DNA of 64,000 nt from the NCBI GenBank assembly GCA_905178155.1, contig CAJINV010000001.1:14033265-14097264 (forward strand), written 5' to 3'. The translations under genes were made by a program, and so were the position numbers. Shown here in pieces: positions 46,401 through 57,501 of the stretch; position 1 is the first letter of the stretch, and the number at the start of each line of letters is the position of its first letter. Source of the DNA: Amoebophrya sp. A120. Taxonomy: Eukaryota > Protista > Dinoflagellata. The notes beneath the pieces were generated by a model that saw only the letters and a program-made list of their open reading frames with translations, searched no databases and was not told where the DNA came from.

Positions 46401-49400
46401 GGAAACGAGCATCGTCAACCCCAACCCCAACCGTCCTTACCGCGAACTGATGGCCCGGGACATGGGCGCGAGCACAATTTCGCGAAGCCCTGCTTGGTCG
46501 TATACCTCCGTAAAGTTTTTCTCTTCTAGAACCAGCAGTCCGCTGCCCTGCCCTAGAAGAAAAGGAGAAAAAGAGTAGCACTCCGCGCAGGTTTTGTAGC
46601 TCCCCGGCCCAATGTCCGCATGGTATGCGGAAGTCCAGGTGTGCGGTTTTTTTCCCAAGAGGAGCCCAACCAAAAAGGATGGCACTTTTAGGCCTGCGCT
46701 AGGGGACCCCCCCTCGGGACCCCCCTAGTGAATCAAGGACCAAATCACCATAGCATGGGGATTGGCTTCATAAAAGGGGCAAAAAAGTGCATGGGAAAGT
46801 GGCAAGATTGCTAATTTTTGTGCACCTGAGGAGTTGGGCGGCTTTTGCTTTTGGAGCTGAATCCCCCTGCTGTGGTGAGATTTAAAAGTTGTCAACTTCT
46901 CGGATTTCGCCTCTCGGATTGTGCACCTGAGAAAATGCCGCATTTTCTGAGCTCAATCCCCATGCTGTCGTGACGTTTAAAGCTGTTCAAAAGTGGCGCG
47001 CTGAGGCTTTGGGGTTGTGCACCTGAGGAAAAGCCCCGCTTTCTGAGGTTAATCCGCATGCTGTCGTGAGCTCAAAGGAATTCATCTTTTTGCGCTTCGT
47101 CCCGACCGCGAAGGACCAAGCACAAACAGCTACGCCACGCATCCGCGAGGAGAAAGCCTGCATGTGAGCTAGCTAGCTTCATAGTTACCTTCATCAAAAA
47201 AAACGCGCTCAAAGTGAGCACTTTCGATAGCTAGTCGAGGTTTTTAAAAATTACTGACTTTGTGCAGCTGAGCGCGTTATACACACGCAACCCGCGGGCC
47301 TCCAGACGCTCCGAGACGCCCTGTACGTCGTTTTTGCTCGGAGACGAGGAGCGTGCCCGTGTCTGGTCGGCATCGGTAGTTTTCGAGGCAGAGGACACAG
47401 ACGTGGAATCGATCGGTATCGCTGAAGTTGCTCCTGCCGCCGGGTCGGCAGAAGTACTAGCGCCAAGCTTCGTAGGAGCCGCGACAAAATTCGGAGTAGC
47501 AGTGGTATTAGCGACCGCTTGAGGTTGAGCTGCGCTGCTATCCGGCAATACATCTCGTTCCTTCACTTTTCCAGCGACGCCGAGTCTCTCGGCGAGCGGT
47601 TTCGTGGCTTTTGCGCGACGAATAATGAGCGGCTCCCGCGGAGACTCTTCCGGTGGTTCCACAAACCGCTGCGAGGGGCCTGCAGTCACCTGAATCCGTT
47701 TCGCCTCAACGCTGCGGATCTGCACAGAAGCATTTGGTTTGCTATTGCTACTGCCTAAGCCTACCTTTGGTGAAGGACCGCTTGCGGCGCTGGAAGATTT
47801 GATATTGCCGTCTGTCGCACTTTCTGGCCCCTCACCCAGCCCGGCATCGTCTGCATCCACGAAGTTAGTTTTCCTTGGACCCGGGGCAGACCGGCCTGCA
47901 CCACCGACGCCAAGATCGCCGCGTCTGAACGGCTGATTCGTGTCGTCATCAAATTCAGCGTCCTTAGACGAAATAACCACTTGCTTCTTGCCCAAACCCA
48001 AGGTCTGTTTTGTGGCTGGCATTTGGCCTGCTGTGTTCGACGGTCCAGCTGAACCCATCGGTGGGTCATCTGTGTAGAAAAGCGGGGTCGCTCTATTTGG
48101 GGCTCCGGCCGTCCCGGGGCGATTCGATGGGGTGGAAGAAGATGAGGAGGACCCGGCAGTCAGGCGAGTGGTTGTGCTTTTGCCACTACCTTTCATCGCA
48201 GTTGTACTCCCAGGTGGTGCCTTCTGCTTCTCCTTGTCCTGCTGAGACAGCAACTGTCTTCGAGACGACGAAGTACTCGTGTCGCGGACCTGTAGCCGAC
48301 GCTCCGGGCTTTTGCGTTCTGGGCTGCGCCGCAGCGGCCGCCAGGACTTACCAGGCTGCGGAGGTTCTCTGCTGCGATCCAGCGAAGTTTCGCGCGCGCT
48401 GCGCGACAGAATCGACTTGGCCTTCGGTGTTCTCGCGGAAACTGTCATGGCGGGCGGACGGCTGTTTTTGCATTCGATGTTATATTCACGCCAATCTCAA
48501 CATATGATAATTCATTGGAAATTCTTCTTCACCCTATTGCTATTCCTATTGCTACTGAAGCACCACACAGAAACCAGCACAGCTATGCTGTATACTCATC
48601 GTCAGCACAGAATCTTCAACAGGATATACTTAAAAAACAGGCGGAAGAAAAAAGTCCACTACTGTCCACGCGCACTATCGCGCTCTTCGACGGCTGGCAT
48701 GGTGTGGAACGCATCGTCATACATCACTTTCTTCTTCGCCGTGAACTCTGGCGGTGCCGTCCGTGGTGGCCGCACCATGGATGAGACAATGGTACGCGGC
48801 ACTGGGGCGGCCGCGGCGGCACTGAAACTGCTTTCGTTCACCACGCTCGGTCCATCCCGGTCCGACAACAAGGACGACAGCTGCTCTGGGCCGCTCAAAT
48901 GCGAAAAGTTGAAGTTGTTGCCACCGCCAGGTGCGATAACTGAAGATGATACTTTGATCTTTTTTGCGACAATGGTCATAGTAAGTTGAACAACGTGAAG
49001 ATTGCATTCAGCAGTCGTAAATTAAGTAAATAGCAATGGACAAGGCTAAGGCAACATTCGGGGGTCAGGTTCCAATACCAAACAATACAACAAACTAGAT
49101 GATTGAGGAAATATGAGCTGAACTGAAAAGGGTTTCTTCTATCCTTTCTACCCCTTTGATGTTGTTGGGACGAGCTGCTCGACGCAAAAGTCGGCTCCAT
49201 CTGGTCGACGAACTTCCGCCCCACGATTTTTGCCGTTGGGGTCACGCTAGAAACCACAATGGTCTTCGCCTCTCCCTGGCCCGGCGCGAGAAACGACCGC
49301 GGTGGCGCTTGCTGGTGCAGCAGTTGTGCCGGCGACGGGGTGGACAGGTCGAGGGTCACCGGCCGCGCCGGCGGCGCGACGAAATTCGGCCGCGGCTTCG

Positions 49401-49611
49401 TCATCGGTGCAGGCTGTTGCTGGGCCGGACCGTCGCCAGTCTGCGATCCGGACGGACCCGCCGCTCCTGACGAGGACGAAGCCGGTCCTGCAGCCATGCT
49501 TGTCGGCGTCGTAATCGGCACCGCGGTAGGAGCAGGTAACCCGTCGGAGAGCGGGCCGCGTGTCACCACGGCGCCGGCCCCATCGATCCGTTTGCACGTT
49601 ACAGACCGCAT
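37473..49611 (-). CDS. Large multi-exon CEP350-like centrosomal/basal-body coiled-coil protein with an IQ motif and a DUF4378-like C-terminus
   Basis: ORFs 48976-49662, 48659-48979, 47231-48448, 43287-46235, 42450-43175, 40119-42317, 39688-39963, 37898-39541 and 37473-37802 mostly join by GT-AG introns. IQ motif AATRLQAYVRGRRVRK; FSRF...EEEESRRRIEDELYDIQKSALDKRAKAKIE resembles the CEP350 conserved coiled coil; C-terminal EEEKNWLHVDTEIVQVKHQLADDLFEDLLGECV. The start and first junction are uncertain. Confidence 0.65.
46238..47281. mobile_element. 1044-bp TIR element acting as an intron in the CEP350-like gene; TSD CACAC
   Basis: ~60-bp imperfect TIR tataagaggctcagctgcacaaa...ttttaaaaacctcgactagcta / tagctagtcgaggtttttaaaa...tttgtgcagctgagcgcgttata; direct repeat at 46233-46237 and 47282-47286. 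Removal gives ...ARGLRVRERFNQ in frame. Confidence 0.92.
46818..47070. repeat. Three degenerate ~96-101-bp direct repeats inside the 1044-bp element
   Basis: ttgtgcacctgag...aatcc...tgctgt.gtga recurs at ~46818, ~46919 and ~47015. Confidence 0.75.
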
Positions 49612-50309
49612 GATCTTCCCTCGACAGTTCGTCGGTGCGTCTGGTGACCACCCGGTAAGCAACGCAAGCTAGAGCTACGCTGCTTAGACTCTAGTACCGG
49701 AACACGACAGATGGCATGGTCAATAAACACAAACTAAGGTCGAGCCTAGCAAAGGCCTCCTCCGTGCAATGGTCAGTAAGATCTACCTACGTGTAGTACA
49801 ATTGAGCACGCACGTCAGAAAGGAAGAAAGCTCGGCACTTTCAGTTGGTGCTGGAGAAAATCAATACTGTTTCTCGAGCGGTGTACACGTTGAAGTGCCT
49901 GAACTTTCTCTGCTCCTCGAAAAAAAAACGACGGACCAACGCCTCGTGCTTCGGATGCAATACACACACAACAGCTCCGCTGCAACTACAACTCGCTCAG
50001 CATCAATAGAGGACAAATGCATTTTCAGCTTGTTGTGGCGGAATTGCACTAGGTGTAGCTGGAACACATCGCGAGTTACCATCCAACGAGGAAACTCTTT
50101 TGGTTGTGCCCTTCTAGCGATATGAACATGAAGAAGGAAAAAAATCCATCTACTTATTTGAATTTCCGGTAGCGGAAGCCACCGTGCGCACATTGATTCT
50201 TGGAAATGGTCAAATTCGAAACACTCCATCAGCCTGCCGGCAAAAGCGATACGGAAAGCACACAAGAAATTGCGCTGCGTGTTCATTTAGACTGCGAAGG
50301 CATCGACAT

Positions 50310-50774
50310 TCAGTCTCCCTGATCCTCGCCAAAAGCGAAGAAAGGCATGACGTCCGGGCCTTTACTTGCAGCTGGAGGGTTCGACTTCGCCGCCGGTTGT
50401 GCAGGGTCGGGTAGTTTTGGAAACACAAGTTGGGCGGAGATGCACTCTCCAGACAGTACCTGATCTTTCCTCGGGTATTTGAGATCTCGCATTTTTGCCA
50501 GCCTACGTGCGGACTCACCGTTCGCAAAAGTCACGCGAAACTGTGGTTTGTCCTTCTTAAGCTTTACGGTCGGGCTTGTGGCTGAGAAGATTGTTGGACT
50601 TGTAGATGCCCCACTTGAAGATGCGGCAGTGATTCGTTCGGGTAGCACTTGCACCACCGGGCCGAACATAGATAGGAAACCACCCAACGCGTTGCTGTCA
50701 ATGTTATCCGGAAGTCCTCCAGAGACCAAAACCGTCCCGGTTACCGGATCGGTGCTCCACGGAGAATCGGCCAT
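50310..50774 (-). CDS. Small protein with a divergent RRM-like domain
   Basis: TVLVSGGLPDNIDSNALGGFLSMFGPVVQV...QFRVTFANGESARRL fits the RNP2/helix/RNP1 pattern. Confidence 0.55.
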   Translation of the reverse strand: MADSPWSTDPVTGTVLVSGGLPDNIDSNALGGFLSMFGPVVQVLPERITAASSSGASTSPTIFSATSPTVKLKKDKPQFRVTFANGESARRLAKMRDLKYPRKDQVLSGECISAQLVFPKLPDPAQPAAKSNPPAASKGPDVMPFFAFGEDQGD

Positions 50775-53091
50775 CGTACGTTTTCAGTTCTTATTTGACT
50801 TGCGCTTTTCTACTAGTAGGGCGTTGTAACTAGTTCTTTCTCGAAAGAAGATTTGCCCCTCATGATTCATCTTTTTCCTGCATTCTGCGGCTGGCCTTCT
50901 CAAAATCTGGTTCTCAGCAGCTCGAAGGCAACACATGCCGAAGACGCAAAACTGCGATGATAGATGACAGTGCTTCTTCTTCTAGAGTGATCCGAAGGCG
51001 AAGCTGCACTCGAGACAAATCACTCGACGTTTAATGTCTGCTCGAAGGGAACTGGGAACAACATATAACTCATTTCACGCTTCGTAGTACTTCTTGAAGA
51101 AGTAGAAATCATCCGCAGATCCAACACCGAGTATCGATTTGTTCTCTATTGGAGGTTCGGTAAGTGCGAAAAAGAAAAACAGAGTAAAACCAGAAGACAT
51201 TAGTGTGCATTTTTTGGTAGTACTGCAGTGCCCCTTCCGTGAAAAATCGGAACTATAAAAATAAAAAACTTCTTAACATCAACGTATGATCTCAATCCTG
51301 GTCGACATCGCATTCACAACTTAAAATTGGCCGAAAAAAAAAATAGTACTTTGTTTTGCGAAATAATCTCTTTGCTTTTTGTTCGAAATAGGGATAAAAT
51401 CATAAGCAATCCGTACCAAAATTTGAACTTTCACTGGAACTGAAGTGTTCTGTGTTCTTTAACCACTTGTGTTCCATTAATTTCAAATTGATTTTAATTA
51501 TCTTTTTTTAGTCCAGCATGCGATGGCGAAATTGTGGTTGTGCTTCATTGTCACCAAGGTGAATTGTGATAAAGCAACAAAAAGAGGCTAGAGAAAGAGT
51601 CTATCTGTCAGTCTCGTGACATGAGTCACAGGACATCTAAGCGTAAGCGGTAGGCGGTACTGGTGAAGTAGGTGGTAGTACTTATTTAGTTTTGCTTTAC
51701 TACAAGTACAAATTTATATTTGTTCGGCGACGCGACTGTAAGTCGGTGCTAGTACTAGAATTTGCACGGCTGCGATGATTTGTCTTTGGGTCAACCAAAG
51801 GCAATATTCGACTCTGGTTTCTCATTGCGATAGAAATCGCAGTGGCTTGTTTGGTAGCTTGTATTCTGCACGCTAGGTTACTTTCTGTTTCTGCGGTTAC
51901 TTCAGTTCTTTTCTGGCGCCTGGTCGTTTGACAGCCTTGACTTTCGTTCCGTGTCGAAGCTTGTCGATGTTTTCTGCAGCTACAAGTACTTCTCTTGTTG
52001 CCGGCTTTTGTCTCCAAACCCGCATCTGATAGGAATACTGTGCCCACCAGGACCAGTTTTCCGGGGCTGTATAACCTGCTCCTGCAATCAAATCAAATCT
52101 CTCTTCTGCGCGTCAGAAATCGAAGTAAATTGATGGAAATGTAAGTAGTCCGTCGTAGCGTAACAGTAACTTCTAATACAACGTAATCCGATTGAGAAAG
52201 TCCTGAAAGGTCTGTCTCAGCTTCTTGCGTAGAAAAAAGCTCCTCTAAGAATTTTTGGAATCATCTAAAACTCTGTAGTATGAAGACAAGTTGTGTTAAT
52301 ACTCTTCGCGTCCTCCAACCACCTAGTCAGTTCTGTGCATCAGTTACGGTCCAAAAACAGCACGGATAACAAGCGCATCACATCTATTACGATAAAAATC
52401 TGCGATATTTTCTGTTGCGCACACAAATACGATGTAGTTCTGCGGGATATGAATCCCATGACAATAGTCTGGATAAATCTTCTGATCTTTCGAATTCAAA
52501 ACTAACACTACTTTTCCTACGTATAAATTGAAATAATTGCTAATGCCATCTGCTTTCGTAAAGGTACTAAAGCTCTCATATGAGTTTGTTCTTTTCCTGA
52601 GTTTACCTCCAGCCTTCCATATTGAATCATATCTACCGGAGGCAATCCTGATCTCGTTTGCGCAATGCAGATAGTTCGGCAATTTTGTTTTGAAGTCGAA
52701 GCGAAAAAAAAAAGCACTAAGAGATAATTTACTTCTTGTTCTTCCAGCAGTGTAAAAGTGAAATTCAATCTGATAAATCTAAATTTGAAGTAACAGGAAA
52801 AAAAGTGCGTCCATTCTCGATGGATCTACCAATCTGGTTGCGCATAAAAAAATCAAAATTTTCATTTCTAAAAACAAAACCGAGTACCTCCTCTTTTTTA
52901 TATTGTTCTCAGTTCGTCTTCTATTTGGCAGGCTTCAGCAAAATGCGTAGGGTACATGTATCAGCGTCTTTATTTTCTGAAGATGAGCTGTGGTTTTCTG
53001 ATGCAGGCGATATGATCTAGTACCGGCTGCACCAGAGCTTCTGATGCTGATATTTGCTGTTGAGGAGCGTCGATGAAAGCCCACAACCTTG

Positions 53092-56000
53092 CTACTGTAA
53101 CAGAACTCCGCTGACGGGGGCGCAGTACTCATCTTCATCGAGCACGTAAGAGGTTGGGAACCAGCCGATAGTGTCCTGGGTGAAGTTTTTGCCGTACATC
53201 CAACCATCTTCGTCGTCTTTCACGATCGCAACACAATCCCCCTGGAACAAGTCGATGTAGCCCTCGCCATAGGAACTCGCATCTGTGGTCGTTTTGGAAT
53301 CGCAATCTGTATCGCACGGCAAAAGGAAAAAAATAACAAAACACAAATACACATACAAACACATGCAAACCCGCCACATAATCACGAATCGTGATGTTAT
53401 CAACAATTTCGCAACAAGCTTCTGCAGCAGTATTCTCTAGTGAGCAAGTACCGAAATCCCCTTTCGCCTTGGAGTGGACCAATTTGATGCCCCTTTTTGC
53501 ATCGCCGCCCTTCAAACTCTGGAGCGGTGGTGCTTTCTTCTTTCCCTTGATATCTGTCAGCAAGGCAGGATTCAAATATCGTGTATGATAGCAACGGGCT
53601 AGTATCTTGATCATGCACTTCATTCTGCACAAACACAATACTTATCGGCTTTGAAATCGAATCTGTCTTCCAGTCATAATGTTGCGAATACTATCAAAAA
53701 CACCAAAAACAGACTATACTCGCCATAACTTTCATTGGCAGGTCAAAGACTTTGCGCAGTTCTGAAACGGAGTGTGCGTAGCGGCAATTTCCTCCGAAGC
53801 GGCAGTTTTCGCAGGAGCCTGGGTGGTATATTTCCGTTCTGATAGCATGCAAGTGATGTCAACGAAGATATTCAGCACATTCCTTTTTCATACCGCTGTA
53901 TTTTCCAGAACCAAGTACCGCAACTACCACATCGCCGTTGAAAAAAAAGTGAACAAATTAAGTGCATATACCGAAGCAGACTTTTGTCTTTGCGAAGCAG
54001 TCGGTAGATCGTAATTCGTCACGACTGTGGGCGTAAGGACAGTTTTTCCTCTTGCAGTCTCCAAGCTTCGGACAAATAGAGGTCTTGCTCTGTGTTGAAA
54101 CAAATGAAAGGAGTATTTTTCGGGGCGTCGAGTGATGAAACAGTACTGGAAAGTGACAATTTCTTGTTCATATGCGTTCCTTCCTCGAAAAAAACAACTG
54201 GACAAATCATATCTATTGCATACCAGATCCGGTTTCTGCTTCAATTCTTCCAGTGAGTGCGCGTGGTGGCAGGATTCTCCCCACGAGCAGGTGCCGTGGA
54301 CATGGTAGTAGCAGAGCTTCGTTTTGTACAACTGTCCATTGGAAGCCGCAGTGACAATCTTCCCCCGTCGTGGTTGCTGCACAATCGGGCCTCGGTACCC
54401 ACTGCTGTAGTTGCTATTCTTGTTGTCGGGGTGCTGGGATGCGCAGTTGTAACTGTCGGCGCTTTCGTAGCCAGCCGCACTTGCTCCGTAGCTCTGGTTC
54501 TGGCTATGATGTTGCTTGTAGTTGTTGTACTGTTGCTGTTGCTGCTGGCTCGCACCGTGGTAGCTGTTGTACTTGTTTTGCTGATACTGTTGGCTTGTGG
54601 CGCCTTGTTGGTAGTGCTGCTGGGCTGCGTTTTGTTGATTGTGCTGCTGGCCGGCACTGCCTTGGTTGTATTGCTCCATCCCATTGTTATTGTTGTACTT
54701 ATTGTGTTGCTGTACGGAAGCTGCACCGTGTTGGTTTTCCCCCATATGGTGCTGCTGTTGCTGGTGCATACCACCATACGCATTGTTACCCTGTTGCTGG
54801 TGCTGCTGCTGGGCACCGTAGTGAGCATTGTTGTTTTGTTGTTGCTGTTGGTGACCCGCCGTGTGCTGTTGATGGTCCATGGTGCCGGTGGCGCCACTGT
54901 GGTTGTTATAGCCACTGTGGTAATTGTTCGCGTGATTGTTATTTCCACCGCTCATCTGGTGCTGTTGGTTGTTGTAGTGGTGTTGTTGCCCTTGCTGGTG
55001 CTGACCACCAGAGTGCAATTGTTGCTGTCCTCCTGCACCAGCAGCGCCTCCCATGTGGTGTTGCATCTGCTGCTGTCCTCCATGGTTGTTGTACGCCCCA
55101 GCCTGATTTTGTTGCTGCTGGTTGTGGTAGTTTTTGTATTCGGACAAGACGGGATCGTGCTGGTTCGCCGTCGCCATTTGGTGCTGGTTCGCAGCGTGCT
55201 GCTGGTGTTGATCCATTTGGTGTTGCTGCTCTCCCGCAGCGTGGTGCTGCTGTTGCTGCTGTTGCTGCTGATGCTGAAAGTAGTTTCCACCCTGTTGGTG
55301 CGGCTGCCCCTGCTGCGCCCCCGGCATGTGGTGCTGTTGCTGGTGGTGAGAATCTTGTTGTTGCCCCGATTGGTGCTGCTGCCCTTGGTGTTGCCCGTTG
55401 GGTCCTTGCTGCCGTCCGCCAAGCTGTTGGTGCTGCTGTTGCTGCGCATGCTGATCGGCGGCCATATTAGGGTGTTGCTGGTTGTACTGGGAATGCATCT
55501 GATTGCCGTGCTGCTGGTGCATTTGGTCCTGGTGGTGCCCGCGGGCCGCAGAGTTGTAGTCAACCGCACTCAATTCGCCCTGGTGCTGGCCCTGGTGCAT
55601 CTGCTGGTGATTGTAAAACCCAACCGGCTGGCCTGTATATGAAATAAAGCGCTCGTGGCTTGTTTGACGTATCCGTATGCCAATAGATACTTTCTTAAAA
55701 AATTGAATCAGCATCAGACCGCCAACGCAAGTCGATCGAATCGTAGCACTCAAGTGAAAAATATATGAAAAACCTAACGTGGTACCTGTTTCAGCCGAGG
55801 ACAAGCCATAAGCCGAATCTGGGGAAGACAGATAGTGACTGCTCTCATAGGCGGTGGACACCTCGCCGGGGCTTTGCACGCGGGGGCCCCATTGCGGCGA
55901 CGCTTGCTGTAGAAATATATTTTGAAGATGAATTGAAATTGTATAGGATGACTGCCTGCAGTGCTAATTTGCACAGAATGCGTATGCGGATCAGCTTGGC

Positions 56001-56478
56001 AACTAGAACGACGTCGTACTGATCAGTTTGACCATTTTCTCCCTACGCTTTCAACAGGAAACAAGACAAAAAAAAGAAGCTCGATAGTACCGCTGTGCCG
56101 CCAGCTCTCATCGACGGGATTAACCCCGGTGGAGAGGCCGGCGGCGGTCCACCCTGCTGCTGTTGCTGCTGCCACTGGTCCGGGTATCCCGGGGCTTGGG
56201 ATGTGTAGCCCGATCCAGTTTGGTGCTGCATTTGTCCGCCGTTACAGCTGCTACCACCTGTATAAGCAAAATTTTATGGTGGATTGTGTATCTTCTTAAG
56301 AGGCCAGTTGTTTCATAAAAGACGATCAAGATATTGTGCATCGCAGAACAAGAAGATTCAACTTGCAAAGGAAGCAACCACGACAAACACTGACTGCAAA
56401 GGTGTAGGTACCAGACGGCGCGAATTGCATCTCGGGCCTGGGGTAGCTCTGCGGAAACGAGCTGTACATGGTAGACAT
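53092..56478 (-). CDS. Multi-exon protein: Q/N/H/G-rich low-complexity N-terminal half, three CCCH zinc fingers and a C-terminal SH3 domain
   Basis: YKTKLCYYHVHGTCSWGESCHHAH; SKTSICPKLGDCKRKNCPYAH; AKTKVCFG/SCENCRFGGNCRYAH across GT-AG introns. SH3 read as AKGDF/DASSYGEGYIDLFQGDCVAIVKDDEDGWMYG...IGWFPTSYV. Putative first exon MSTMYSSFPQSYPRPEMQFAPS. Confidence 0.75.
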
Positions 56479-57501
56479 GTTTCAAAGAAAAAACCTGATA
56501 GAGGAGTGCACAGTGCGTCTGAGGACTCCCCTATGTGATTGGAACGATTACAGTGACAAGGAACGCCGCATCTTTTGTTCTTGCTCTTTGGTCTCGTTCT
56601 CGTTCAATCAGAAGCCAGCAACGCTCTTCTAGCGCAGCCACTACCTCCTCAAGAAATCACGACACTAGAAATGGTCTTTTCTGCTCATAGTCATCCTCAT
56701 GCTCATCGTCCGTGCTGTCGCTTCCTTGCAGTCAATGTTCGTTGTTTTGAATATATCTTTCTTATTGGTGCTCCATCTGGACCTAGATAGAAATTCCTTT
56801 TGTTTTGGTTTCGGTTTGGTCGTGCAGTGTCAATTTTTTACCTGTAGTTTTGTCATTTCTCACATCACTCAGTCCGCTCCAGGTGATTGCCTCTCGTTGC
56901 TCAATTTTTCCACTCAGAAGCAGGGCGCAATTTGGTAAACGCAAGGTGGGGATTCGTTGGCGTGTGACAGCCAACAGCTTGTTGGTGGAAAGCAAGAGCA
57001 ACACACACAGAGACACACGCACGCTCAAGTGACGACTCGACTCATTGAGGCAACAGAGGCCGCTACGCCCACACAGGTGACGCGTCAACCGTGTACACGC
57101 TAGCAGCAACAAGGTGCTAAACAAGATGAATACTTAGGTATGAACATCTACATCAGCCGCGCCTAGGTATCACAGCAAGTATCTATTTCAAAAATTGGGT
57201 GTGAATCTTCTCCCGTCCGTTTTTTATTTCTGCACAATCGCTCTCTGACTCTGCGTGACCTGCATGCTTTTTTTTGACCTTCTACTTTTGACGCCCGCAC
57301 AACCAAAGTTGTACGCTACAAGCATAGTAGAGTGTTATTAGTCCTAGCACTTCTACGCACCAGCACTTCTTCATACTTTTCACGTCGAAGGAGCCTCTTT
57401 GTTTTCGTGGTAGAATACACGGAGAGAAGAACAACTCCGCTACTTTGTTCCAAGTAGTAGTGGATCTAGATGAGCCTGCTGCTCAGCATAGCCTTTGTTA
57501 A

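Noticed and set aside
46345-47170. Transposase inside the 1044-bp element
   Set aside because: Only ORFs under 85 aa and no DDE-like motif; the element is non-autonomous.
54257-55642. 461-aa Leu/Val-rich 'membrane protein' on the plus strand
   Set aside because: Reverse complement of the CAG/CAA/CAC/AAC-rich low-complexity exon.
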